DNA of 22,865 nucleotides from Candidatus Iainarchaeum sp. (GCA_021162685.1 JAGGYF010000030.1:1-22865); one strand, 5' to 3'. Counted from the stretch's first letter, positions 8,200 through 16,733 are shown. Made by a program: numbers and translations. The notes: generated from the sequence alone by a model not told the origin.

Positions 8200-11100
8200 T
8201 TCTCCTCCACTATCCTAAAGAAGTTGTACTTAGGAGAGTATATGTCCCCATTCTTTTTAAGCATTGATAGTATGTTATTCAGCTCATTTTCTTCAATACC
8301 CAATGACCTTACCTCATTTAGTATCATATCCTTACTCACTTCATCGTGCTCCTTACTCAAATGTTTTATTATGTTATAAACAGACCTTGCTCTATCCATT
8401 CTGGACTTTGGTTGACCAGTTGTTATAATATCAATATCAAACCTACCAGTTTCCCTATCTACTCCAATCTCCCTCATGACAAACTGGTGCAATCGGATGG
8501 CTCTCTCAGCATCTTCTATCTCTACTTTTGTACTTAGTCTTCCTTTAGCACTTGCTTCACTCAATCTTATCAATGCTTCCAATTGTCTTGGTGTTGCAGC
8601 AACACTGCCTTGCTCCTTTCCTAGTCTTCTCAGTTCAACGTAATATTCCTCTAACTTTTCCATGACCTCCTTTGTTAGTATTGGAAAGATATGTTTTCTC
8701 GCATAAGCAATATACTTCCTGAGTATCACTTGATCCAATGCTGGGGTAATCTTTTCTTCTGCCTCTTTGAATTCTTCCTCACTCATAACTTCTTTGTTTT
8801 GCGTTCCTATTACAGCAGCAACCTGGTGCGCTGAAAGAATATGCTCAGCCATCTCCATATCCCTTTCTTTATCCATAACATCTCTTATTGGGAATATAAG
8901 GTCAAATCTTGAAAGCAATGTCGGAGGGATGTCAAACTGCTCTGCAATCAATGAGTAGGGGTCAAACCTTCCAAATTTGGGATTTGCTGCTGCAAGTATT
9001 GCGGTTTCGGATTTAAACGTTGTAACAATTCCCGCTTTGGCAATACTTATCCTCTGCTGCTCCATTGCCTCATGCATTGCAGATCTATCCTCATCACCCA
9101 TTTTATCAAACTCATCAATACAATTATGTACTATCACACCATCAGCCACAAAGTTATTATATCCAGGGACAAATAGGTCATAGACATATCCTTCATATTT
9201 CTTCATCTCAATTTTTTTGATCTTATCAATAAAGAAATCTCTTTGAAGCAATCTATCTATGTCCTCTGCAACATCCTTATCAACGCCACCAAGATATCTG
9301 ATTTTTTGTAATTGCTCTCTTGAAGGAGGATATTTTACATGTGCATAGTTATATACTGTGCTCCATATTCCTTTTTTTAGAAGTTCAGTTTTACATGTTC
9401 TCGCATAAACTTTATTAACTATGTCGCAAACCACTTGCATTGGGAGCTTGTCGCTTGTTGAAGAAACTAGATGTTTTCTTTTTGGAATATCTTTAATCTT
9501 TACAGAGAGTTCCGACAGCTCTTTCAGAAGGGTCGCAGTATCTGTTCTGCCCGTTATAGTTATTGCAGATTTGCCCTTCTTCCTTCTATAAGCACCATAT
9601 ACATCTAATACTCTTAAACCAAGCAATAATCCTAAATTGGAATTTTCATTTCCACCAACATTGAATTCTATATGTACTGTCTTGTATCTTTTGCCATTTT
9701 TTATACATTTCTTTACAGATATGCATCCATCAGAGTCCATCAATCCAGCAAAAAAGCCCCTTATAAACCCCTTCGGCATCACTATAAGCTTTTCAAAACC
9801 ATTCTCGGTAATTTGTTTGTATATTTCTCCCAACAAAAAGTTTCCTTTGTGAAAATCATAACCGCAAATATATACATTTTCTGATGGATGTTTTATTCTC
9901 CTTATTCTCTCGTTTAGTTCTTCCCCAGTTACTTTTTCCCAGGTTCTTTTTATTTTCTCAATTTGTTTTCCATTAACAGGAGATTGGTATATGTGGATTT
10001 CACTCCTTCTTTTGTTATATCCTACATTGCCATCTCCATATATAAATCCAATAAGATAACCCAGGTCTTCATCCAAAAATGGAGCAATGCATTCTTTCCT
10101 GTATTTTCTTGAATATGTCAGTCTTTTCGATGCCCACTTCTCGTAGCACCCGCATCTCTTTGTTATTATTTTGAATTCACCAACCTTAATCCTCTTCCCA
10201 ATTACCATCTTTGTGTCTTTCTCAAACTCTTTTCTACTCTTTTCATTCAATTCAATAAACCAGTCTTCTGGTAGAATATCGACCACAAACCTCCTAGGCA
10301 TAGGCTCCAACCTAAGCGGAGCCAATAAATATTCACCAACGTTAAATTCTCCAGCTTTTTTCCATTTTAATGAGCTTCCATCAATAAGCATATGGTCTGG
10401 GGTTACCCTGATTTTGAATCCCGATGTTAACTCCATTTCTACAATTTCACCTTTATACCATTTCCTCCTTACTTTTGTGGATATCCCTTTTCCTATCCTC
10501 ATTTCATCAAGGTCAAATGTATTAACTTCAATTATTCTTTCGTTTATCTCCTGCCGTTCTCCATTACTAAATACTGTAAACGAATCTTTCTCTTCAAACA
10601 ATCTCTCAATTTCTATAGTTCCGTTTCCAGTAACTACTTTGCTATTCGGAAGTAGGCACGCTTGTCCACCAGATGCCAGAACCAATGCACCTGCTTTTAG
10701 TGTCCATCCTCCCTCTCCAAACTCATCCTTCTCAGCAGTTGCTGTTAATCCAGCAGAACTTGCACTTTTTCCTCCAACAAACACTGCCTTCGGAGCTAAT
10801 CTATATATGTAATCCAGTAGCATTGAGTTATGTACATAGATATCATTTGCGATGAAATTGTGCACCCCAGGAACTTGTAAGTCATATACCCATTTTTCTT
10901 TTGGAGAATATACCCTCTTGCTTACTATCCTGTCCCAAAATATATCTGACCAGGTAAGTTTTTTCAGTATTTCAATACATGTCTCAATTTCTTTCAGCTT
11001 TTTAATTTTCATCCCTTTGTATTTCATAACTTGTATTCTTTTTCTAAAAGCGTCCAAAATTTTACCTAACGTCTCCCTAGACGGATTTCTTTCACCCTTT

Positions 11101-13256
11101 TCTATATGTTTATATGTGCCTTCTGGGATACCACACTTATTAGTTGGCATATCCAAAGCAATTCTGATTTCTTTCAGCAGTTGTGATAGATTTGGAATTA
11201 CATCCATATTTGTGTTAAACTTTTTCTCTACTGTGCATAAGTTTTCAAGTAACTTTCTTTTTTTCTCCAACCCAAATCCTATATAGTTTCTAAATAATAA
11301 AACATCTCTACCGCTTATTCTCAGTTTAAAATATTTTGTTGGTTTTTGTTTAGAATTTGTTGCCCTGCTTATTGTTTCATGGGCCTGGGATATTATACCA
11401 AATCTCAGAAGCAGATGTTGAATCTGCCTAATCAATTTTTCAGACGCTGTGACAAATACTATCTCTCTCTCCTTTTTAGAAACTGTGGCTTCACAGTCAA
11501 ATATTGCTGATAGGAAAGCACTTATTTCTTCTTTTGAACACCTAAATAACAAATGTGGGACTTCCTTATTTTTGGACGTGCCTTTTACCCCAAGTGACTC
11601 TAAGAAAGAATATAGTTCTATACTATTTACCACAACAGTCAAAGACTGGCCCTTCTTTGTAATTCTAGGATTCATCCCCAGATGTTTTGAGTATCTAATG
11701 AACTCTTCAATAAGACTTTTTTCGTTATTTGTAAATGTAACATGGGCACATGGGCCCCTCTTTTTCATGTATCCTTCCCCTATAATAAATGCCACGAATC
11801 TCCAGAAATCTACTCCAGTGCTCTTTGGGAGTTTTAATTTAACTCTGTTTCTTGACCTAGCTCTTGTATATCTTATGTTTTCCAATAATTGTGGAGTACC
11901 AAACACAGGAATCTTTCTTGGCGTTGCAATAAATTCCCCCTCATGCACATCATGTGCCTTTTTGCTTCCGACCAAGCCACTGTAACAGATGAACAACGGA
12001 TGGGTAGGCGTTACATTTATTCTTCTTCCAGTAGCAGTTGTAATCTCTACCATTGTTTCAGGTGCCTTCCTCTTCCATGCGATGTTCGCTTTCCTATATT
12101 CATTTTTTCCATTAAGTCCCAAAGACAAAACATCGTGGTTTATCTCTGCATATACTCCATCATCTATTTTCTTTGTGGGTAATCTTTTTACTATTCTGTC
12201 AACTTCCTCGCCAATCCTCACCAATGAACCATCTTTCATCAAAACTTCTGTATCTCCTGTAACACACTTTGCTGTTCCAGGATCTCCTATAAGCAGTATA
12301 TGTATGTCTGGCCTGATCCTTGTCGTTTTATCTGGAAACTTCTTGCCCCTTGTTCCTCCCAATAACTGTAAAGCCAATGCCTCCTTTATCTCTTTGTGAC
12401 CATAAATTGTTGGGGCTATAGATGCCACAATCTTCTCATATATGTTGGGGTCCTTTGCCAGTTCCAATATCTGCTTTTCTTCCTCCTCTGTAATCTCTAT
12501 CTCTTCAAATTCTGTTTCTTTCTGCTGTACGTGTACTGCTTGCAGATACACAGAATAAACAGAACCTTTATTCTTTGGTGGTATTAGTCTTAGGATTCCA
12601 GTGACCTCTATCTTGTCACCAGCATATAACCTGTTTGTTAGGTCATCTTCAAGCCAGACAGTTATATTCTTTGCTTGTTCCCCTCTTACAAGTGCTTCCA
12701 ATGGTTCTTGAACTTCCATCTTTTGCATGTCTATAAACTGAGATTCATCAACAACTAAACTGAAATCTTTTCTCCCACATGAACATGTTTCTGGTTCCTC
12801 AAGTCTTCCAAAAAGAGATTTATTTTGTGGGATTCTATACTGCCTTCCACATCTTCTACATTCAAATGTAGCAACATTTATCTTTGGTCTGACATCTGTA
12901 ATTTTCGTTATCACACCATCAATTGCAATCAATTTGTTTATATGTGTACTATTGATGTTTCTTATCAACAACTGTCTGTGCTCTGGCAGATTGAAAAATC
13001 TAACATTGGGTGTCAGTGTCTGTCCCTGACTATTCACAATGTTCATTCCAGCAATGGCTTCCTCAGCCGCTTTTATTATAACATCAGGCCTTTCCAGTAG
13101 CTCATCTGCCAGTTCTGGGTTATACTTATCAAGTCTAAAAAAGTCCACATCAAGGGAGCGCTTTTCTGGGAACAGCTCAGCCAGTCTCTCAATCTCCTTG
13201 ATATACTCCTCTCTGAAGAACTCCTCCAATGCATTTATATAAGAACTGGCCTCCAT
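8196..13256 (-). CDS. mcm: MCM replicative helicase precursor with two inteins (1686 aa; 694 aa after splicing)
   Basis: N-terminal Zn finger CRRC..CSC, QEPLE; Walker A GDPGTAK|S and Walker B A|CIDEFDKM both interrupted; MEQQ.ISIAKAG, AAANP, LLSRFD arginine finger, TPRQLE, C-terminal wHTH. Confidence 0.97.
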   Translation of the reverse strand: MEASSYINALEEFFREEYIKEIERLAELFPEKRSLDVDFFRLDKYNPELADELLERPDVIIKAAEEAIAGMNIVNSQGQTLTPNVRFFNLPEHRQLLIRNINSTHINKLIAIDGVITKITDVRPKINVATFECRRCGRQYRIPQNKSLFGRLEEPETCSCGRKDFSLVVDESQFIDMQKMEVQEPLEALVRGEQAKNITVWLEDDLTNRLYAGDKIEVTGILRLIPPKNKGSVYSVYLQAVHVQQKETEFEEIEITEEEEKQILELAKDPNIYEKIVASIAPTIYGHKEIKEALALQLLGGTRGKKFPDKTTRIRPDIHILLIGDPGTAKCVTGDTEVLMKDGSLVRIGEEVDRIVKRLPTKKIDDGVYAEINHDVLSLGLNGKNEYRKANIAWKRKAPETMVEITTATGRRINVTPTHPLFICYSGLVGSKKAHDVHEGEFIATPRKIPVFGTPQLLENIRYTRARSRNRVKLKLPKSTGVDFWRFVAFIIGEGYMKKRGPCAHVTFTNNEKSLIEEFIRYSKHLGMNPRITKKGQSLTVVVNSIELYSFLESLGVKGTSKNKEVPHLLFRCSKEEISAFLSAIFDCEATVSKKEREIVFVTASEKLIRQIQHLLLRFGIISQAHETISRATNSKQKPTKYFKLRISGRDVLLFRNYIGFGLEKKRKLLENLCTVEKKFNTNMDVIPNLSQLLKEIRIALDMPTNKCGIPEGTYKHIEKGERNPSRETLGKILDAFRKRIQVMKYKGMKIKKLKEIETCIEILKKLTWSDIFWDRIVSKRVYSPKEKWVYDLQVPGVHNFIANDIYVHNSMLLDYIYRLAPKAVFVGGKSASSAGLTATAEKDEFGEGGWTLKAGALVLASGGQACLLPNSKVVTGNGTIEIERLFEEKDSFTVFSNGERQEINERIIEVNTFDLDEMRIGKGISTKVRRKWYKGEIVEMELTSGFKIRVTPDHMLIDGSSLKWKKAGEFNVGEYLLAPLRLEPMPRRFVVDILPEDWFIELNEKSRKEFEKDTKMVIGKRIKVGEFKIITKRCGCYEKWASKRLTYSRKYRKECIAPFLDEDLGYLIGFIYGDGNVGYNKRRSEIHIYQSPVNGKQIEKIKRTWEKVTGEELNERIRRIKHPSENVYICGYDFHKGNFLLGEIYKQITENGFEKLIVMPKGFIRGFFAGLMDSDGCISVKKCIKNGKRYKTVHIEFNVGGNENSNLGLLLGLRVLDVYGAYRRKKGKSAITITGRTDTATLLKELSELSVKIKDIPKRKHLVSSTSDKLPMQVVCDIVNKVYARTCKTELLKKGIWSTVYNYAHVKYPPSREQLQKIRYLGGVDKDVAEDIDRLLQRDFFIDKIKKIEMKKYEGYVYDLFVPGYNNFVADGVIVHNCIDEFDKMGDEDRSAMHEAMEQQRISIAKAGIVTTFKSETAILAAANPKFGRFDPYSLIAEQFDIPPTLLSRFDLIFPIRDVMDKERDMEMAEHILSAHQVAAVIGTQNKEVMSEEEFKEAEEKITPALDQVILRKYIAYARKHIFPILTKEVMEKLEEYYVELRRLGKEQGSVAATPRQLEALIRLSEASAKGRLSTKVEIEDAERAIRLHQFVMREIGVDRETGRFDIDIITTGQPKSRMDRARSVYNIIKHLSKEHDEVSKDMILNEVRSLGIEENELNNILSMLKKNGDIYSPKYNFFRIVEEK
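9123..10658 (-). mobile_element. MCM intein 2 (512 aa, residues 867-1378) with LAGLIDADG homing endonuclease, inserted at Walker B
   Basis: Starts CLLPNS after GGQA; block B IRVTPDH; LIGFIYGDG and FFAGLMDSDG motifs; ends VYDLFV...VIVHN followed by the Cys of CIDEFDK. Confidence 0.95.
10827..12266 (-). mobile_element. MCM intein 1 (480 aa, residues 331-810) with LAGLIDADG homing endonuclease, inserted in Walker A
   Basis: Starts CVTGDT after GTAK; block B INVTPTHP; FVAFIIGEG and FLSAIFDCEA endonuclease-type motifs; ends VYDLQV...IYVHN followed by Ser. Confidence 0.95.
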
Positions 13257-13259
13257 GCT

Positions 13260-13300
13260 AAAACCCGGGTTTTCTTTTGTGTATGGCAGATTATTTAAAA
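13260..13300 (-). promoter_or_regulatory. mcm-operon promoter with a palindromic putative operator
   Basis: Minus-strand TTTTAAATAA (13291-13300); perfect 14-bp palindrome AAAACCCGGGTTTT at 13260-13273 next to the start codon. Confidence 0.5.
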
Positions 13301-13379
13301 ACCCTCCATACTTCCACTATTTTTTATGTATTTTTGCATTTAAATATACAAGAGGCTACAGGTTGCCGAGAATCAATAA

Positions 13380-13391
13380 TTATATATATAA
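13380..13391 (+). promoter_or_regulatory. TATA box for the surface-protein gene
   Basis: TTATATATATAA-like run about 20-30 nt before ATG 13411; no SD, consistent with a leaderless mRNA. Confidence 0.5.
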
Positions 13392-13410
13392 TCTATGGTA
13401 AACTTTCAGC

Positions 13411-15171
13411 ATGAAGAGAATTTTGTTCATACTCCTACTCATATTATGCGCAACATTTGCAAAGGAAATCTTGATAACAAATGATGGTTTCTCATTAAGG
13501 AGATCACTATCATTTGGCTCTGACGGAAGGGCGCACATCATTTATTTTAATTCAACAAATGATCTAGTCTACAGATACAGTGACGACTTAGGACAAACAT
13601 GGAGCAATCCCGTATTGTTAAAGGACTACCCAACAGGAACTAGCTATCGATCTGTACGAGCAAATATCTGGGCTACAGAAAACTCAACAAACAAAATCAT
13701 TTATGTTGCCTATACAATGTATGACCCACCAAATCAATGCATATATTTCAAAAGGTCGTTTGATAATGGTGTAACATGGAGCTCAGAAGTAAATATAGCA
13801 CCAGCTTACTGCGGGTATTCAATGCTTCAATCTTCTATATGGGCAAATGCCTCAAATGTTTATGTATTTTTCAGTGTAAATTCCTCAATGCCCTACCTTA
13901 CAAAAAGCACAGACTATGGAACAACATGGTCAACTCCTGTGTATACGGGATCAAAAGGCGGCATAACCTATCAAGTACCAACATGGGTTGAGGAAGACAA
14001 AAACAAGATACATATTGTCCAGGAAGGAGCACATGGCCATGATGACAGAAATGTTTACTATTGCAATAGCACAGATGGAGGAGCAACCTTTAATTGTATT
14101 GCATTAAGAGATGTTAATGATGTAACTGGCTCAGATCATATATCTGTTTGGGGCAACAAGGTTCTTGTTGTCTATCAACACTCAAATAATGTTTATTATA
14201 GGTTAAGCATAGATGGAGGAGCAACATTTGGGTCAGACCAACCAGTAACCTCTTTAACGGCAGGTGAAGCAGATTCAACACCAGGAACATTTGACACATC
14301 AACAAACAATACATATGTATTCTATGTACAAAACACAACAGGGACATGGCAAGTACATGTGAAATTTTATAATGCTTCTTCAGATTCTATCCAATATGTT
14401 CCTGGCTATTCTGGAACAAACATCTCATTCTGGAATGAAGATTCGTGTCCTAAACCATCCCTTTTTCCATATAACAATAAAGTGTACTACTTATTATCAG
14501 TTGGAAGTTCTCATCCCTACAAGCTATATTTCGCATACCTTCCAGAGATACCTTCTATAGAGAACAGGACTGTTTCCTCCATAACAAATTCAAGTGCAGT
14601 AATCTCATGGGACACAGATGAATGGGCAAATGGAACCGTGTATTATTGGAGCTCTCCAGCGCAACAAGTAAACCACACCAACTTTAATTTAAGCCACCAA
14701 TTCACTCTTTCAAACCTTTCTCCACAAACTACATATCACTATAATATAACATCATGTAACTACAAAGGATGCGACACAACAGCAACATATTCATTCACAA
14801 CTCTGTTATGTAACCCCCCAGATACAGATTCAGATGGCGACGGATTATGTGATTCTACAGAAAACACATATGGATGGAATGCATCAGATCCTAACAACCC
14901 GCCAAATGGAGGATCTGGAGATGCTGACAACGACTTATTGACTAATCAAGAAGAACAAACATACGGAACAAATCTGACAAATCCAGATACGGACGGAGAT
15001 GGATTTGTAGATGGAGAAGAAGTAAATATATATAACACAAGTGCAACAGATGCAAACAGCAGGCCATCAATTCAGACATCAACAATAAAGGTTGCCCCCG
15101 CATTTGATATTACTGGGTTGATTATTCTTGTTGTAGGGAGTATAGCAGTTTTACTCTGGCTGTATCTTTAG
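13411..15171 (+). CDS. Cell-surface glycoprotein: BNR/Asp-box beta-propeller, FN3-like domain, Ca-binding (TSP3-like) repeats, C-terminal TM anchor
   Basis: Signal peptide; five S.D.G.T[WF] Asp boxes; ITNSSAVISWDTDE...LSNLSPQTTYHY FN3-like pattern; DTDSDGDGLCD and PDTDGDGFVDGEE; many N-x-S/T sequons; PAF followed by a hydrophobic C-terminus. Confidence 0.9.
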   Translation: MKRILFILLLILCATFAKEILITNDGFSLRRSLSFGSDGRAHIIYFNSTNDLVYRYSDDLGQTWSNPVLLKDYPTGTSYRSVRANIWATENSTNKIIYVAYTMYDPPNQCIYFKRSFDNGVTWSSEVNIAPAYCGYSMLQSSIWANASNVYVFFSVNSSMPYLTKSTDYGTTWSTPVYTGSKGGITYQVPTWVEEDKNKIHIVQEGAHGHDDRNVYYCNSTDGGATFNCIALRDVNDVTGSDHISVWGNKVLVVYQHSNNVYYRLSIDGGATFGSDQPVTSLTAGEADSTPGTFDTSTNNTYVFYVQNTTGTWQVHVKFYNASSDSIQYVPGYSGTNISFWNEDSCPKPSLFPYNNKVYYLLSVGSSHPYKLYFAYLPEIPSIENRTVSSITNSSAVISWDTDEWANGTVYYWSSPAQQVNHTNFNLSHQFTLSNLSPQTTYHYNITSCNYKGCDTTATYSFTTLLCNPPDTDSDGDGLCDSTENTYGWNASDPNNPPNGGSGDADNDLLTNQEEQTYGTNLTNPDTDGDGFVDGEEVNIYNTSATDANSRPSIQTSTIKVAPAFDITGLIILVVGSIAVLLWLYL

Positions 15172-15464
15172 TACTTCTCCTTTTGGAGTTCAAACGCCCT
15201 TTTTACAACCCTCATCATCCTACGGAATAACTCTTCGTTAACCCTATATGCCCTTTTGTTTCTGGGTATATCCATCTCTTTTCTTCGTCTGACCTGTTTT
15301 ATGACGCCCATATCCGTTAAAAGCGTTATGTGTTTTACACTTGGGTATATTCCAACATATGGAGTGCCTTGATCCAAGTTTTTCTCAATCTCGCTCAATG
15401 CAAGACAAGCGAATATTCTCCGCTCTTCATCAACGAGGAAATAAATTTTGGGACTTCTTCCCAC
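15168..15464 (-). CDS. Putative winged helix-turn-helix protein (5' end uncertain, possibly frameshifted from ATG 15508)
   Basis: LSEIEKNL...YPSVKHITLLTDMGVI...KRAYRVN resembles an ArsR-like wHTH; stop overlaps the convergent gene's stop. Confidence 0.55.
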   Translation of the reverse strand: MGRSPKIYFLVDEERRIFACLALSEIEKNLDQGTPYVGIYPSVKHITLLTDMGVIKQVRRRKEMDIPRNKRAYRVNEELFRRMMRVVKRAFELQKEKY

Positions 15465-15512
15465 CAGACAATTTTTTCCAGCCGCTTTTTTATATGTTCA
15501 ACTACCATGCTA

Positions 15513-15938
15513 TCACAAACTTAATCCATATAATAGAAAAGGGATCTGAGGCAATGTAACAATTGCAAGTGCTAACCATTTTGGTGCCTTCTCTCCTATG
15601 ACAAAGGGATACAAAGGCAATGCCTCATCTGCATCTTTTATGCGTTTACTCGGTATTATGTCTAAAACAAGATGGGCCACAACCCCTAGTGTGAAGAAAG
15701 GAATAAACACAGCTAGGAATGGAATTGTAGATGGCATTATCATAGCAACATACGATAATAGTGATGAGACTAATGGAGTATGCGTCAACCAACTCCTATG
15801 CCACTTGCTAATAATCTCGTCTATATCTGGAAAGATGTTTCCCAGTGCTACTGCATATGCTGCCAATGGGCTCCAAAAAACCCAGCAAACTATGCCAAAT
15901 ATCACCCCAGAGAGTATATGCCACTCCTCATCAGCCAT
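15513..15938 (-). CDS. Membrane-associated metal-dependent hydrolase, YdjM-like (141 aa)
   Basis: H near N-terminus, FPDID, WHRSWLTH, HLVLD motifs with TM segments. Start reassigned to ATG 15938 (MADEEWH) because the upstream 11 codons lie in the promoter/repeat. Confidence 0.85.
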   Translation of the reverse strand: MADEEWHILSGVIFGIVCWVFWSPLAAYAVALGNIFPDIDEIISKWHRSWLTHTPLVSSLLSYVAMIMPSTIPFLAVFIPFFTLGVVAHLVLDIIPSKRIKDADEALPLYPFVIGEKAPKWLALAIVTLPQIPFLLYGLSL

Positions 15939-15973
15939 GAATAATTTATGCAAAATGGGGTTTATAAGCATTT
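15937..15973. repeat. 37-bp perfect direct repeat, copy 1 (contains TATA box)
   Basis: ATGAATAATTTATGCAAAATGGGGTTTATAAGCATTT, identical to 16734-16770. Confidence 0.97.
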
Positions 15974-16499
15974 ATCTAGATCTGCCAAATTTTGAGGAAT
16001 ATTTCCTAACCCTTCTTCCCCTCTTCTTTTCTTCCGAGAATTTATCAACCCACATATATCCTAGGTCTAAAACAAGTTCTTGAGGAGTTCTTACCTTTAT
16101 CCCTTTTGGTGCCAGCTTTTTGATATGAAAATCCTTTTTGTTATATGTCACAATATAGTCTGCCTTAGACACCAATGCCAAAGCAACCACATGAGCATCG
16201 GACTTATCTTTAACGAACTTTACAACCTCATCTTTTTCTGTTTTCCCTCTTATGCGTATTACTTCAAGATGTTTTAATAATTCCTTCAAACCTTTCCTGA
16301 ATAGTGGGAAGGAGATACCTGCCTTTCTAGCTATTTCTACTTCGTGCTTTTTGATCTCTTCTTCTATAAGTTCTGAAATAACTAATCTCAGCCTATGATC
16401 AACTAATGGTAACAAGAGAAATCTGCGGCTAATCCCCTCCTCTTTTATCATGGCAGAAAGAATAATGTTTGTATCAACGACAGCTATAATCTTTTCCAT
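15972..16499 (-). CDS. PIN-domain putative toxin (VapC-like, PIN_3 type)
   Basis: VVDTNIILSA, conserved E, D..DAHVVALA, ADYIVTYNKKDF, TPQEL; overlaps the small upstream gene by 16 nt. Confidence 0.9.
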   Translation of the reverse strand: MEKIIAVVDTNIILSAMIKEEGISRRFLLLPLVDHRLRLVISELIEEEIKKHEVEIARKAGISFPLFRKGLKELLKHLEVIRIRGKTEKDEVVKFVKDKSDAHVVALALVSKADYIVTYNKKDFHIKKLAPKGIKVRTPQELVLDLGYMWVDKFSEEKKRGRRVRKYSSKFGRSR

Positions 16500-16687
16500 G
16501 CCTCTCTCCCAAGTTTCTTTGAGAGAACTAATGCTTTGCTTTTTGTCATTCTACTAAAAAGAAAAAGCATATCTAACTCTATACTCTTTTTTGCGAATTC
16601 TCTCAATTCGTTTACATCTATGTTCTTTGCTTTAGCTTCTTTTAGTATCTCTTCTGGTATTTCCACAGATATTGTTTTCTCTCGCAT
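16484..16687 (-). CDS. Putative antitoxin (67 aa)
   Basis: Small gene directly upstream of and overlapping the PIN gene; N-terminal TISVEIPEEI beta-strand/helix pattern like ribbon-helix-helix antitoxins. Start reassigned to ATG 16687 (MREK), about 24 nt after minus-strand TTTAATAA (16711-16718). Confidence 0.75.
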   Translation of the reverse strand: MREKTISVEIPEEILKEAKAKNIDVNELREFAKKSIELDMLFLFSRMTKSKALVLSKKLGREAWKRL

Positions 16688-16733
16688 AACTCTTATTTGG
16701 TCTCTTTCATTTATTAAACTATTTGTCTTACAA

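Noticed and set aside
13257-13410. Replication origin next to mcm (AT-rich tract, CTTCCACT)
   Set aside because: No convincing repeated ORB elements and no orc1/cdc6 gene; the AT-richness is explained by two divergent promoters.
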